Source: Desulfosporosinus sp.
GTDB taxonomy: Bacteria; Bacillota; Desulfitobacteriia; Desulfitobacteriales; Desulfitobacteriaceae
Length of the DNA: 64,000 nt
Assembly (NCBI GenBank): GCA_035648035.1
Contig: DASRMG010000107.1
Location: forward strand, 1,046-65,045
Direction: 5' to 3'
Within the stretch, counting starts at the first letter, position 1. Each line of letters begins with the position of its first letter. Position numbers and translations under genes: made by a program. Below the pieces are notes generated by a model. That model saw only the letters and a program-made list of their open reading frames with translations, was not told the origin of the DNA and made no database searches. Positions 18,502-28,479 of the stretch are shown one piece after another.

Positions 18502-20545
18502 AGATAGTAGGATATGGAATTCCGTTGTGATCGGGAAACCTGTCATTGAAAGTATCGATGTGGATATAAATTCTCAGTCCTTGCGTTTGCAGGTGGACAT
18601 GATTTCTATCTTACCGGATAGTCTCCACAAGGCTTTAGACGGACGGCGCCAAATTACAATCTGGGGTAAAGATTTAATGTTGGCAGGATTTCCTGATGAA
18701 CTTCTAACAACCTCTCATTTTAGACAGTACGAGATTAATGAGAGTCGAAAAGCACGTGCCAGGGATTTCTTCAAAAGCCGACTCCTATCTTTCACCGTAG
18801 AAGCAGTGAAGAAAGACACCCAGCGAGTGTATTTTAATGGAAAAAATGTTTTTTTTCACGAAACTCCCATAACGTTTAATCCCTACACCTCTCAATTCAC
18901 CCCGATACCCATCATTCCAAAAGATGTTCCAGCCGAGCGCGTTCAAAAAATCCTCTATGAGAAGCTTTCTAGCATAGATTTTCTGTCCTATCAATACCCC
19001 GAGGATCCGCCCTTAATTATTGGCTACCAAGACCATTTTTTTGGATGTAAGTCTGGATGGTTAGGCGAACTTCGGCAACAATGGTGCGTTTATTGCCCAG
19101 AAGGGGAAGAAGTGACCTGTGTACCGGCAGAAATTCCCGAAAGCCAAATTTTACGACGTGTGAATTTAGCCTTCTTACTTGATGAGGATTTAAATGAAAT
19201 AAGTAACCATTTATTATTTGGTCAACCATTTCCAGCGAGTCAATTTACCCAACGATTTACAGTACCGTCTCAAGTAGCGATAAACCCTACTAACCTCTCC
19301 GTACCTCTCAATGCCCCTACTATCGACAGCGGGGAGCAAACGTTTCTTAACGATTTGAATCAAGTGGCCTTGTCAAATCAACTGGTTTATGACATGGAAG
19401 ATCTCGTGAATTTCCATATTGCCTTTAAAACTGGCGCGTTAGTCATTTTAGCGGGAATGTCCGGGGTTGGTAAATCACAACTCGTCATTAATTATGCTCG
19501 TGCACTAGGACTCTCTGGCTTGGACGAAGCGGGTGAAGAACGCAAACAGTTCTTATTTATTCCAGTACGACCCAGCTGGAATGACGATGCCGACTTGATT
19601 GGTTTTTACGACGCGATTCACAAGATTTATCGCCCTGCAGAAACAGGGCTTGTCGATCTACTCATCGATGCATCACTGGAAGATAACAAAGACAAACTTT
19701 ATCTCATTTGCTTTGACGAAATGAACTTGGCACGGGTCGAACATTACTTTAGTCAATTCCTCAGTATCTTGGAGCTCTCTGAGGATCGTTACCTAACGCT
19801 TTACAGCGAAAAACTGGGTGCAGAGGTGTATAATCAACACGCGTATTCTCCCAGGGTGCCGATCGGAAACAATGTGTTCTTTGTCGGTACCGTCAATATT
19901 GATGAATCTTCGTTTCAATTCAGTGATAAGGTCTTAGATCGTGCGAATGTCATTAGATTGAAAATATTTGAATCCTTGCGAGCCTGGAAGACGGTGTTCG
20001 AAGAAAAAGCGTCTGGAAAAATTTCTGGAAAAATTTCTGGAAAAGCTTCTGGAAAAGCTTCTGGAAAAGCTTCTGGCAAACCGTCTGAAGAATGCGCCAA
20101 ACTCTCGCCTGTCCCGGGCAACGTCTTTGCTTCATGGTGTAATAATTCACCCACTGAGATTGGCTTGACTGATCACGAAATCGATTTCCTGGATGAATTG
20201 AATGCCTATTTACGTAATATCGATAAAGATCGGGTGGTGGGTTATCGAATTATTCGCCAGATCGGTTCATATCTCAAGAATATCCCCAATAATGCGGAGG
20301 GGCAAAAGCTGATTAATCGAGGGAAGGCTTTTGATTTGCAATTGGTGCAACGGATCATGACAAAGTTTAAAGGACCAGAGAGCGACTTTGAACAGCTCTT
20401 TGGTAAATACTCGAGCAGAGAGCTGGCTAGTAGTCAGATCCTGAAGTTGTTTGACAAGTATCCTGCCGTCTCAACTTTCAGCTATTCCCGGGTTGTGTGT
20501 CATAAAAAAGCGAAGGAGCTCTTAGATCATGGCTATGCATCCTGA
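18494..20545 (+). CDS. McrB-family AAA+ GTPase
   Basis: Walker A GMSGVGKS, VRPSWND, Walker B CFDEMNLARVEHYFSQFLS, GTVNIDE (NxD), KVLDRAN; GGGAGG RBS before ATG 18494. Confidence 0.9.
   Translation: MIRDSRIWNSVVIGKPVIESIDVDINSQSLRLQVDMISILPDSLHKALDGRRQITIWGKDLMLAGFPDELLTTSHFRQYEINESRKARARDFFKSRLLSFTVEAVKKDTQRVYFNGKNVFFHETPITFNPYTSQFTPIPIIPKDVPAERVQKILYEKLSSIDFLSYQYPEDPPLIIGYQDHFFGCKSGWLGELRQQWCVYCPEGEEVTCVPAEIPESQILRRVNLAFLLDEDLNEISNHLLFGQPFPASQFTQRFTVPSQVAINPTNLSVPLNAPTIDSGEQTFLNDLNQVALSNQLVYDMEDLVNFHIAFKTGALVILAGMSGVGKSQLVINYARALGLSGLDEAGEERKQFLFIPVRPSWNDDADLIGFYDAIHKIYRPAETGLVDLLIDASLEDNKDKLYLICFDEMNLARVEHYFSQFLSILELSEDRYLTLYSEKLGAEVYNQHAYSPRVPIGNNVFFVGTVNIDESSFQFSDKVLDRANVIRLKIFESLRAWKTVFEEKASGKISGKISGKASGKASGKASGKPSEECAKLSPVPGNVFASWCNNSPTEIGLTDHEIDFLDELNAYLRNIDKDRVVGYRIIRQIGSYLKNIPNNAEGQKLINRGKAFDLQLVQRIMTKFKGPESDFEQLFGKYSSRELASSQILKLFDKYPAVSTFSYSRVVCHKKAKELLDHGYAS
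20012..20083 (+). repeat. 12-bp tandem repeat x6, in frame (SGKI/SGKA/SGKP)
   Basis: TCTGGAAAAATT x2, TCTGGAAAAGCT x3, TCTGGCAAACCG x1. Confidence 0.95.
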
Positions 20546-22316
20546 CGATGAAGGGGTTTCAATCATTTTCTTCACAGGGAGACAAGAGACCCTGCGCAAG
20601 GTCACTAATGATAGTGTTATAGAGGTTTTTGAACGGGAAAACCTCTATGTCTCCTTTACCGCGAACCAAGAGGACGTGTACCTCTACATTGATGGCTTAG
20701 ATGGATACGATTCGTTAAAGCTGCATCTCGATGAAGAAGGGATTCCTTGTTTACGGTCAGGGACGCAAAGGTTTCCCCTCTATAGTGATGTCAATGAGGA
20801 TTACCCGCTAATTCCTGCGGATTATATGGTTTTCGTGAAGCGAAAAGGAGAACAAAATGATTTCCTCGAAGCGACGCTTCGAGTGCGACCTAATCATATT
20901 ACTGAAGATCAACTTGACGTGATGCGTGACGAGCTGAACGAAATGGTTCAGGGCCTCGCGTATGACCGAACCCGCCTGAGCCATGGAGTAACCCATAACG
21001 AGGAAGGAGGGTCACTCGCCACCCTAGTGCTAAGAAAATTTGTGATTTTGAAACAAATGATCAAAGAGTTTGGGGTAACCCTAGAAAATCTAGTACGACG
21101 TCCAGATCAACAATTGGAGCGACATTACCGAGAAGTTAAAGCCCATGTTCATTGCAAGCAAGACGCTAAGTCCTCCCGTTGGCTCTTATCCGCACAAGGG
21201 CAACGGGCCAATGCAGCCGCCAAAAGCAGGGAAAAACCGGAAGTCATTCTAGGAATGATTCCTTCCCTCACCTATAATACGCCTGAAAATCAAATGGTTC
21301 TGGGGTTTCTTCATTATGTGTCGTGTCAAATGGAGATGGTATTACGAGCAATAAGCTGCACAATTACAGAAGACCAGAGGGCGATTGAAACGAGAGCACC
21401 CTATATGATCCTTCAAAGATCCACAAACCACGAAGTGAGAGCTTTGAAGAATAAAATTATAAGTCTTGAATCGATGAAAGTGGAAATGAAAAAAGGGATT
21501 TTCTACGTTCAGAAATATATGGGTAGTCCGATGTTCAAAGAGCTCAAACCGTTAAGTAACTCTAATCACTGCTCGCTGAAGATTCTACGAGATTGGCGAT
21601 ACAAGAGAATTTTTACATGGTGGAAGCAGCTAAGAGCACAGGAGGTGCAGATTCCCTTAGCCCATGATTTCAAGGTGCAATGGAAGAGGACCGATGTTCT
21701 ATATGAATACTGGTGTTACATCAAAACTATCATTGCTTTGGAACATGCGGGGTATACGCCAGTTTCTGGATGGATCTACGATGCTACTCACAAGGTAAGC
21801 CAACAATTAGTCTTTCCTATACTTCAAGATGATACTTTAGTGGAAATGGTTAAAGGGCCCATCCGTCTTTCTGTGTTGTTTAATGAGAAAATGGCTAGGG
21901 CTAAACGGGGCGCGCTTAGAAATGAGCGAATACTCTATATGGAAGGATCGAATTATAAACCGGACATTCGAATTGATGTTTTTACAAACAACCTTTATTC
22001 CGGATCGATTATTGTGGATGCAAAATACCGTAAACGCTTAAACATCTGGAACAATGATCGAGTGGAAGACGAGAATCGTCCCAAAAACATGAACACTTTA
22101 CAAAACTATTCCAATTCTTTGAAGTTCGTGGAGGATCCTGCTGGCGTGTCCAAGGCCATCAAGGTGATTGCCCTTCACCCGAGTATGGGGCCGGAAGTGG
22201 AAGACATAGAGGATACGAATGTTTCACTCGTTCAGCTTCGTCCGAAAGTAGAGGTAACACATTACTCGCAGTATTTGGCGCAGCTCATTGACAGACATCC
22301 TGTCGCTGTTGTATGA
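20529..22316 (+). CDS. McrC-like DUF2357 + PD-(D/E)XK nuclease
   Basis: TYNTPENQMV, LYEYWCY, KPDIRID, IVDAKYR; overlaps the McrB-like stop. Confidence 0.88.
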   Translation: MAMHPDDEGVSIIFFTGRQETLRKVTNDSVIEVFERENLYVSFTANQEDVYLYIDGLDGYDSLKLHLDEEGIPCLRSGTQRFPLYSDVNEDYPLIPADYMVFVKRKGEQNDFLEATLRVRPNHITEDQLDVMRDELNEMVQGLAYDRTRLSHGVTHNEEGGSLATLVLRKFVILKQMIKEFGVTLENLVRRPDQQLERHYREVKAHVHCKQDAKSSRWLLSAQGQRANAAAKSREKPEVILGMIPSLTYNTPENQMVLGFLHYVSCQMEMVLRAISCTITEDQRAIETRAPYMILQRSTNHEVRALKNKIISLESMKVEMKKGIFYVQKYMGSPMFKELKPLSNSNHCSLKILRDWRYKRIFTWWKQLRAQEVQIPLAHDFKVQWKRTDVLYEYWCYIKTIIALEHAGYTPVSGWIYDATHKVSQQLVFPILQDDTLVEMVKGPIRLSVLFNEKMARAKRGALRNERILYMEGSNYKPDIRIDVFTNNLYSGSIIVDAKYRKRLNIWNNDRVEDENRPKNMNTLQNYSNSLKFVEDPAGVSKAIKVIALHPSMGPEVEDIEDTNVSLVQLRPKVEVTHYSQYLAQLIDRHPVAVV

Positions 22317-22335
22317 TCAATTTAATTAAATAAAG

Positions 22336-22437
22336 TTCTCATTAAGAGTGGTGGAGGGACTGGCCCGATGAAACCCAGCAACCGGCCTTATAGGTAGTGG
22401 TGCTAATTCCTGCAGGATTTTCCTGAAAGATGAGTTG
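22336..22437 (+). ncRNA. SAM-I (S-box) riboswitch
   Basis: CTCATTAAGAG-TGGTGGAGGGACTGGCCCGATGAAACCCAGCAACC...GGTGCTAATTCCTGCAG...GAAAGATGAG. Confidence 0.95.
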
Positions 22438-22455
22438 AGCTGAAGGCTATATGCA

Positions 22456-22487
22456 GACTCTTCTTGGAAAAGAAGAGTCTTTTATTG
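22456..22487 (+). terminator. S-box expression-platform terminator
   Basis: AGACTCTTCTT / AAGAAGAGTCT stem + TTTATT. Confidence 0.85.
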
Positions 22488-22524
22488 ATCCTACGGACAA
22501 CGTGAGGGATGAAAAGGAGATAAG

Positions 22525-23532
22525 ATGTTGAAAAATCATCATAATGAAGTACGAGTGGGACTACTGGGGTTCGGAACCGTGGGGCAGGGTCTTGTCCAAG
22601 GAATTAATTTGCAGCTCAATAATATTAGCGCTCGACTGGGGGCTCAGCTCAAAATTCAACGGGCCTTGGTTCAAGATACTAACAAGAAAAGAGTCGTTGG
22701 TTTAGCCGAATTAACCACAGATGCTGGCGATATCTTGGAAGATCCGGACATTGATATCGTCGTAGAAGTGATGGGAGGAGAACAACCTGCCTATGCCTAT
22801 ATCAAGCAAGCCTTGGGACAAAGAAAACAGGTGGTGACTGCCAATAAGTTATTGCTAGCTATACACGGTCCAGAACTCAAGGCTCTTGCCCTCCGAAATG
22901 GGAAAGATCTTCTGTATGAAGGCAGTGTGTTAGGGGGTATACCAATCTTACGTACCATTCAACGCGGTCTTTGTGGAGATAAAGTGGAAGAAGTCAAAGG
23001 GATTTTTAATGGTACAACAAATTTTATTCTGACACGAATGGTTGAGTTAGGTGAAGATTATTCCACGGCTCTTCGCCTTGCGCAGCAAGCGGGGTATGCC
23101 GAAGCTGATCCTACCATGGATGTCAGTGGATTAGATGCCGCCTGTAAATTAGTCATACTCTGCCGAGAGTGTTTTGATTTGGCGTTTCACCTGAAAGATG
23201 TGACGATGTCAGGTATTGAACATTTGGAGCAACGTCAAATTGTTTTGGAGAAGGCACAGGGGCGCATTCCCAAACTGATTGCCTGTGCTAACCCGCGGAA
23301 AGGGGAAATGAACGTTGGCGTGGAGTGGTTATCTGATACCGACTTGTTAAGTCGAGTCTCTGGGGTTCAAAACGCCCTATCTTTGAAGACCTTACTGGCG
23401 GGAGAGCTTTTCTGGAGCGGTCCAGGAGCCGGTGGATTAGCGACAGGGGGGGCTGTTTTGGGCGATATTATAGAGGCTGCGGAGAGGATCCTCCTAGAAA
23501 GGGGTACAGCTTTTCAACAGACCGGGAGATAG
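22525..23532 (+). CDS. hom: Homoserine dehydrogenase (no ACT domain)
   Basis: GFGTVGQG, VVTANK, GIFNGTTNFIL, GYAEADPTMDVSGLDAACK, GPGAG. Confidence 0.93.
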   Translation: MLKNHHNEVRVGLLGFGTVGQGLVQGINLQLNNISARLGAQLKIQRALVQDTNKKRVVGLAELTTDAGDILEDPDIDIVVEVMGGEQPAYAYIKQALGQRKQVVTANKLLLAIHGPELKALALRNGKDLLYEGSVLGGIPILRTIQRGLCGDKVEEVKGIFNGTTNFILTRMVELGEDYSTALRLAQQAGYAEADPTMDVSGLDAACKLVILCRECFDLAFHLKDVTMSGIEHLEQRQIVLEKAQGRIPKLIACANPRKGEMNVGVEWLSDTDLLSRVSGVQNALSLKTLLAGELFWSGPGAGGLATGGAVLGDIIEAAERILLERGTAFQQTGR

Positions 23533-23607
23533 GCTAACTCGTAAATTTCATTGAGAGGCTCTGAAGCAGAGATCGGGTCCGTTGAGGGCTTGGTCTCATT
23601 TTTTCTA

Positions 23608-23668
23608 TTGACTTTTTTAACAGGGTACGGTACCATGAAATTAAACACCGATAAACATATAGGATATA
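23608..23668 (+). promoter_or_regulatory. Sigma-A promoter of cysK followed by a possible CymR/Rrf2-type operator
   Basis: TTGACT-17bp-TACCAT (23608-23636); downstream AAACACCGATAAACATATAGGATAT resembles CymR boxes (inference). Confidence 0.55.
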
Positions 23669-23732
23669 GGGTATTTAATTGTAGCATACCTCCTATCTTT
23701 ATCTGTAAATATATATAGGAGGTTTTAAAATT

Positions 23733-24662
23733 ATGGCAAAAATCTATGATGAATTAACGGATCTCATTGGTAAGACGCCTTTGTTGAGGCTTACGCGAAC
23801 TGCCGGGGATTTGCAGGCTGAGGTGCTTGTAAAGCTGGAGTCCTTTAACCCTGGTGGTAGTGTTAAGGACCGGATCGGATATAGCATGATTAAGGATGCG
23901 GAAGATAAAGGTCTGTTGAACAAAGATAGTGTGATTATTGAACCGACGAGTGGTAATACAGGGATTGCCTTAGCTTTCGTAGCGGCGGCTAAGGGGTATC
24001 GATTAATCCTAACTATGCCGGAAACGATGAGCTTTGAACGACGTACTCTTCTCAAGGCTTATGGCGCAGAACTGGTTCTCACAGCTGGTGCTGCAGGGAT
24101 GAAAGGCGCAATTCTTAAAGCAGAGGAACTGGCTTCTGAAATTGAAAATTCTTTTATTCCACAGCAGTTTAAGAACCCAGCTAACCCAGAAATTCATCGG
24201 ACCACCACGGCAGAAGAAATTTGGGAAGATACCGATGGAAAAGTCGATATATTCATAAGTGGCGTGGGAACTGGAGGTACAGTCACTGGCGTGGGTGAAG
24301 CGCTAAAGAAACGTAAGCCGAGTATTAAAGTGGTTGCAGTCGAACCCTTCGACTCTCCTGTATTGTCGGGAGGTCAACCAGGGCCCCACAAGATTCAAGG
24401 TATTGGTGCTGGATTTGTACCAGACGTACTGAACCTGGGCATTGTCGATGAAATCTATAAAGTGAAAAATGAGGAAGCTTTGGAGACCGGTCGACTGTTA
24501 GCGAAACAAGAAGGCTTACTGGTGGGGATTTCCTCAGGTGCTGCCGTTTTTGCTGCCTTACAACTCGCCAAGCGCCCAGAAAACAAGGGGAAACTCATTG
24601 TAGTTATTTTGCCTGATACGGGTGAACGGTATTTAAGTACAGTTATGTTTCAGGAACAATAA
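23733..24662 (+). CDS. cysK: Cysteine synthase A
   Basis: [47 protein letters not shown]. Confidence 0.97.
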   Translation: MAKIYDELTDLIGKTPLLRLTRTAGDLQAEVLVKLESFNPGGSVKDRIGYSMIKDAEDKGLLNKDSVIIEPTSGNTGIALAFVAAAKGYRLILTMPETMSFERRTLLKAYGAELVLTAGAAGMKGAILKAEELASEIENSFIPQQFKNPANPEIHRTTTAEEIWEDTDGKVDIFISGVGTGGTVTGVGEALKKRKPSIKVVAVEPFDSPVLSGGQPGPHKIQGIGAGFVPDVLNLGIVDEIYKVKNEEALETGRLLAKQEGLLVGISSGAAVFAALQLAKRPENKGKLIVVILPDTGERYLSTVMFQEQ

Positions 24663-25073
24663 GATAGTTGATGTAAGCAGTTTATGTTGCAATCCTCTAA
24701 GTTGTGTGGATTATAACGAGTCTCAGATGAGCCAATTTGGAGTGAGAGGCACCACATGGGATTGTGTATATATGGAAACATCATAAGTCATAGGAGTAGG
24801 GTAGAAGCATAATGCTTTCATCCTACTCCTAAGATTTTTAATTTGAATAAACTTATTTCATGGTCAACACTAGTGAGACAAAGTGTAACGACGTCGCAAC
24901 CCGCGTGGTACTATGAATATTTTATAGCTGAGAAGAGTTCACTTCCAATGTCTCTCCGAATCAATCACATGAATGAAGTCATCGACATAATCATTAAGAG
25001 AAGATCCTGAAAAAGGAATCGCTCGAAACTATCGTTTTGTCCTCAAAGCACTGGAAAGAGGGGTGAAATCATA

Positions 25074-25523
25074 ATGGACTGGCAAAAGATCGTGATCCAC
25101 CACACCGCAAGTCCTACACAAGTACGTTGCGCTGGGACGGTCGTTCCGGTTGACGTTGCTATGATTCGGAATTGGCATAAAACCAAGGGTTGGAGCGATA
25201 TCGGGTATCACTTTATAATTACACCGGATGGACGCTGTGAAGAAGGAAGACCTCTAAATCGTCCAGGAGCGCATTGCAAGGTAAGTAATCGTAACTCTAT
25301 AGGGATTGGTGTATGTTTAGTAGGGAACTTCAGTGAGACGGAGGTACCACATGCGCAACTCGTAGGACTAGTCAATAAAGTAGTGAAACTCATGGGGGCA
25401 TTTGTGCTGGGTATTGATGACGTTGAGTTGCATAAGGACATACCAGGCGCAGCGACAGAATGTCCAGGAAGGTATTTTCCGAAAAAGAGTTTTATGAAGG
25501 GATTAGCGGAAAGCCTTAGTTGA
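25074..25523 (+). CDS. N-acetylmuramoyl-L-alanine amidase (Amidase_2 / T7 lysozyme-like), catalytic domain only
   Basis: IVIHHTA, WHKTKGWSDIGYHF, GAH, SIGIGVCLVGNF, H...TECPG. Confidence 0.9.
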   Translation: MDWQKIVIHHTASPTQVRCAGTVVPVDVAMIRNWHKTKGWSDIGYHFIITPDGRCEEGRPLNRPGAHCKVSNRNSIGIGVCLVGNFSETEVPHAQLVGLVNKVVKLMGAFVLGIDDVELHKDIPGAATECPGRYFPKKSFMKGLAESLS

Positions 25524-25817
25524 TTTTATCAAGAAACGCTGGCTAGAGACCAAGACCTCGCAAAGTGCGGGGTCTTCATATTTTCATTATGAAATCGGAT
25601 AATTTATGAAGTTGATAGTCATTATTCAATATAACAAGATGACTTGTCTGATACTAAGGCGTTTATGGGGAATAATGTGAAATAAGGATGTGCTAAAATG
25701 ACGATCTCACTCAAAGCAACTTCTCAGGGAGGAGATCCGATAGACGAGAGCGAATATTCTAATTAGTTAGAAATATGAAGCGATATCTTCAAGTTATTCC
25801 TGTAGGAGGGTAAAATA

Positions 25818-27527
25818 ATGGATCGAAAAGTGCGAGTGGGCATTGTGGGCATGGGACAAGGGGGTTCGACTGTCTATAAAACGTTACGAAGCATTAATCA
25901 TATTGAGGTGTGTGTGGTATGTGATCTTATAGAAAAGAATTATGGGATGGAAATGGCAAGGTTGGAAGGTGTGCCGACCTGCAACACCTTGGAAGCTTTT
26001 CTAAAAGTTCCAAATCTTGATGTAATTATTGAAGCGACTGGAAATCCTGATGTGCAAGAGCACTTAGAACGAAACAAAGCAAAGAGCAGTGCAATGGTTG
26101 AGGCACAAGGGGCAAATCTAATGATGTATATCATCGAGGAGAAAGAAAAGCTATCTGACATAAAACGTTTAAAAGGAGAACTTGACGCCATTTTAAACTC
26201 TGTTCAGGAAGCCATCGAAGTAGCGGCGCTTGATGGAACGATTAAATATGTCAATCCATCGTTTTGTCGTGTCACGTCAGTCCCTGCAATTAAGCGAATC
26301 GGCCACAATGTTTTCGATATTTCTCCCAACGGTGCGTTAGCGAGATCTCTTAGAACTCATAAAACCGTGTTCGCTCATAGGGCATTAGTTGGAGGCACAA
26401 ATGTGGAGGTCATCTCCAATGCATCCCCTATTATCGTTGACGGAAAAATGGAAGGCGCCGTTGTGGTATTTCAACCACTCACGGATATATATAAGTTGAT
26501 GGAACAGTTGAAAGCTTCTAATCAAGTAATTGATGATTTGAAAAGCCGTATTAGTCAAATCTCCACGAGCTCATATACGTTTGATGACTTGATCGGGAGC
26601 CACCCGGAATTTGTAAGCGCCTTAGATTTGGCCCGTAAAGCTGCAAAGAGTAACTCAACCATTCTTATTACAGGAGAATCGGGAACTGGGAAGGAACTGT
26701 TTGCACATGCTATCCATGGTGCAAGTTTGCGCAGTGATAAGCCTTTCATTAAGGTTAACTGTGCTGCCATTCCAGAGACGTTACTTGAAAGTGAATTTTT
26801 CGGGCATGAAAAGGGTGCCTTCACGGGAGCTTTAAAAACAAAACTGGGCAAAATGGAACTTGCCAACGGCGGTACGATTTTCCTAGATGAGATCGGTGAT
26901 ATGAATCCCTATTTGCAGGCTAAACTTCTGCGCGTTATACAGGAAATGGAGTTCGAACGGGTTGGAGGCACGCAATCCATCAAAGTAGATGTCCGCGTAA
27001 TTTCAGCGACCAACCGAAATTTGCTTGAGATGTCGAAAACGGGTAATTTTAGAGAAGATTTATATTACCGGCTCAATGTCCTTGAATTACGCTTACCGGC
27101 CCTTCGAAGACACAAAGATGACATTCCTGCTTATGTACATTCTCTCATTGTTAAGTTTAATCGCAAATTCGGTAAGCACGTGACGGGATTGACCGTACGC
27201 GCGGAAAAATTGTTGCTGCAATATAACTGGCCTGGTAACATCCGGGAACTTCAAAATGTTATTGAACGTGCCATGGTCACGGTGGAAGACGAAATCATTA
27301 ACCACAAGCATATGCTTAATTTCGTAGATTCCCAGGAAACCATTGAAAATGAGCAGATGTTACTAGAAATTATTCCGATTGAACAAATGGAAAAGCAGAT
27401 GATTGAATTGGCTTTGAAGCGTTATGGAACTTCAATGGAAGGAAAGAAGCAAGCTGCCAGTGCTTTAAAAATATCCCTAGCAACGTTATATAATAAACTT
27501 AAGACAATGAGTCATGAGAATGTATAA
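25818..27527 (+). CDS. Sigma-54-dependent activator (Rossmann-like N-domain, PAS, AAA+, HTH)
   Basis: GESGTGKE, ESEFFGHEKGAFTGA, FLDEIG, FREDLYYRL, WPGNIRELQN, ISLATLYNKL. Confidence 0.95.
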   Translation: MDRKVRVGIVGMGQGGSTVYKTLRSINHIEVCVVCDLIEKNYGMEMARLEGVPTCNTLEAFLKVPNLDVIIEATGNPDVQEHLERNKAKSSAMVEAQGANLMMYIIEEKEKLSDIKRLKGELDAILNSVQEAIEVAALDGTIKYVNPSFCRVTSVPAIKRIGHNVFDISPNGALARSLRTHKTVFAHRALVGGTNVEVISNASPIIVDGKMEGAVVVFQPLTDIYKLMEQLKASNQVIDDLKSRISQISTSSYTFDDLIGSHPEFVSALDLARKAAKSNSTILITGESGTGKELFAHAIHGASLRSDKPFIKVNCAAIPETLLESEFFGHEKGAFTGALKTKLGKMELANGGTIFLDEIGDMNPYLQAKLLRVIQEMEFERVGGTQSIKVDVRVISATNRNLLEMSKTGNFREDLYYRLNVLELRLPALRRHKDDIPAYVHSLIVKFNRKFGKHVTGLTVRAEKLLLQYNWPGNIRELQNVIERAMVTVEDEIINHKHMLNFVDSQETIENEQMLLEIIPIEQMEKQMIELALKRYGTSMEGKKQAASALKISLATLYNKLKTMSHENV

Positions 27528-27554
27528 GTTCAGTGTTAGAATGAATTATTTAAA

Positions 27555-27600
27555 TTCTAATAGTTAGAAAAAATTTAATCTCATATTCTAGAAATTAGAT
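27555..27600 (+). promoter_or_regulatory. Putative enhancer (UAS) pair TTCTA-N5-TAGA(A/T)
   Basis: TTCTAATAGTTAGAA (27555) and TTCTAGAAATTAGAT (27586), 150-200 bp upstream of a sigma-54 promoter. Confidence 0.6.
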
Positions 27601-27751
27601 TTTATTTTGGTCCTACAAAGGGTGAGCCGCAAAAAAAAATGCTGGCTCATCCTTTTTTTAATTGAAAAGGGTTGTAAAAAAAACCATAGGCCAAGGGGAA
27701 TAAAGCAGTCTCACGAATTAATATCAGACAATTTACTCTATTCAATCTATA

Positions 27752-27768
27752 TTGGCACATATCTTGCT
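27752..27768 (+). promoter_or_regulatory. Sigma-54 -24/-12 promoter of sdh/frd operon
   Basis: TTGGCACATATCTTGCT matches TGGCAC-N5-TTGC. Confidence 0.85.
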
Positions 27769-27833
27769 TATGTATAAGGCAAAGGCAATTACAAGCGTGC
27801 CTAAAGAGATTGAGAGGAGAGGACCAGAGATTT

Positions 27834-28439
27834 ATGAGTACAACACAAAAGCCATATCACTTTTTAATTCGCAGAGCCCATTCTCTACTAGGACTTGTGC
27901 CCATCGGCCTGTTTTTAACCTTTCACATGTTTCTAAATTTAACCGCCCGAGGGGGGGCAGAGCTGTATGACAAAGTGATTGCTACCATGCAAAGTTTTCC
28001 CGGGATCTTCATCATTGAACTCGTCGTCATATTTATTCCCATTAGTATTCACGCCATATATGGTACATGGGTCGTCTATACAGGTCAAAGCAATATTCTG
28101 AGATATAAGTATCCCAGGAATTGGTTCTACATTATTCAACGAATTTCCGGTGTGTATACCGTAATCTTTATTATTGGTCATGTCTATCTAATGCGTTTTG
28201 CTGAGGGAAGTAATTTTGAAGCACTTTCGCAATTTGTCAGTCAACCACTGGGTTTAATCTTCTATTCTTTGGGTGTATTGTTTGCGATTTTCCACTTCGT
28301 CAACGGATTATGGGCCTTTGCGATCACGTGGGGTATTACGATTGGACCTCATTCTCAAAAAATATGGTTATATACATTGGCGGTTGTTTTCATTCTCCTA
28401 TCGGTGGTCGGTTTAGGCGCAATTTCAGCGTTTCTTTAG
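27834..28439 (+). CDS. sdhC: Succinate dehydrogenase/fumarate reductase cytochrome b subunit
   Basis: RRAHSLLGLVP, heme histidines, QRISG, FHFVNGLW, WGITIG (Bacillus-type). Confidence 0.92.
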   Translation: MSTTQKPYHFLIRRAHSLLGLVPIGLFLTFHMFLNLTARGGAELYDKVIATMQSFPGIFIIELVVIFIPISIHAIYGTWVVYTGQSNILRYKYPRNWFYIIQRISGVYTVIFIIGHVYLMRFAEGSNFEALSQFVSQPLGLIFYSLGVLFAIFHFVNGLWAFAITWGITIGPHSQKIWLYTLAVVFILLSVVGLGAISAFL

Positions 28440-28479
28440 TAGAAAATAATAAGAATAAAGGTTAAGGAGGGTCATGGGG

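Noticed and set aside
20012-20083. Possible CRISPR array
   Set aside because: Contiguous 12-bp units without spacers, in frame within a CDS; no cas genes.
19915-20168. Alternative-frame ORFs with repetitive peptides (FPEA, KLFQ, LEK repeats)
   Set aside because: By-products of the 12-bp repeat inside the McrB-like gene; no RBS or independent evidence.
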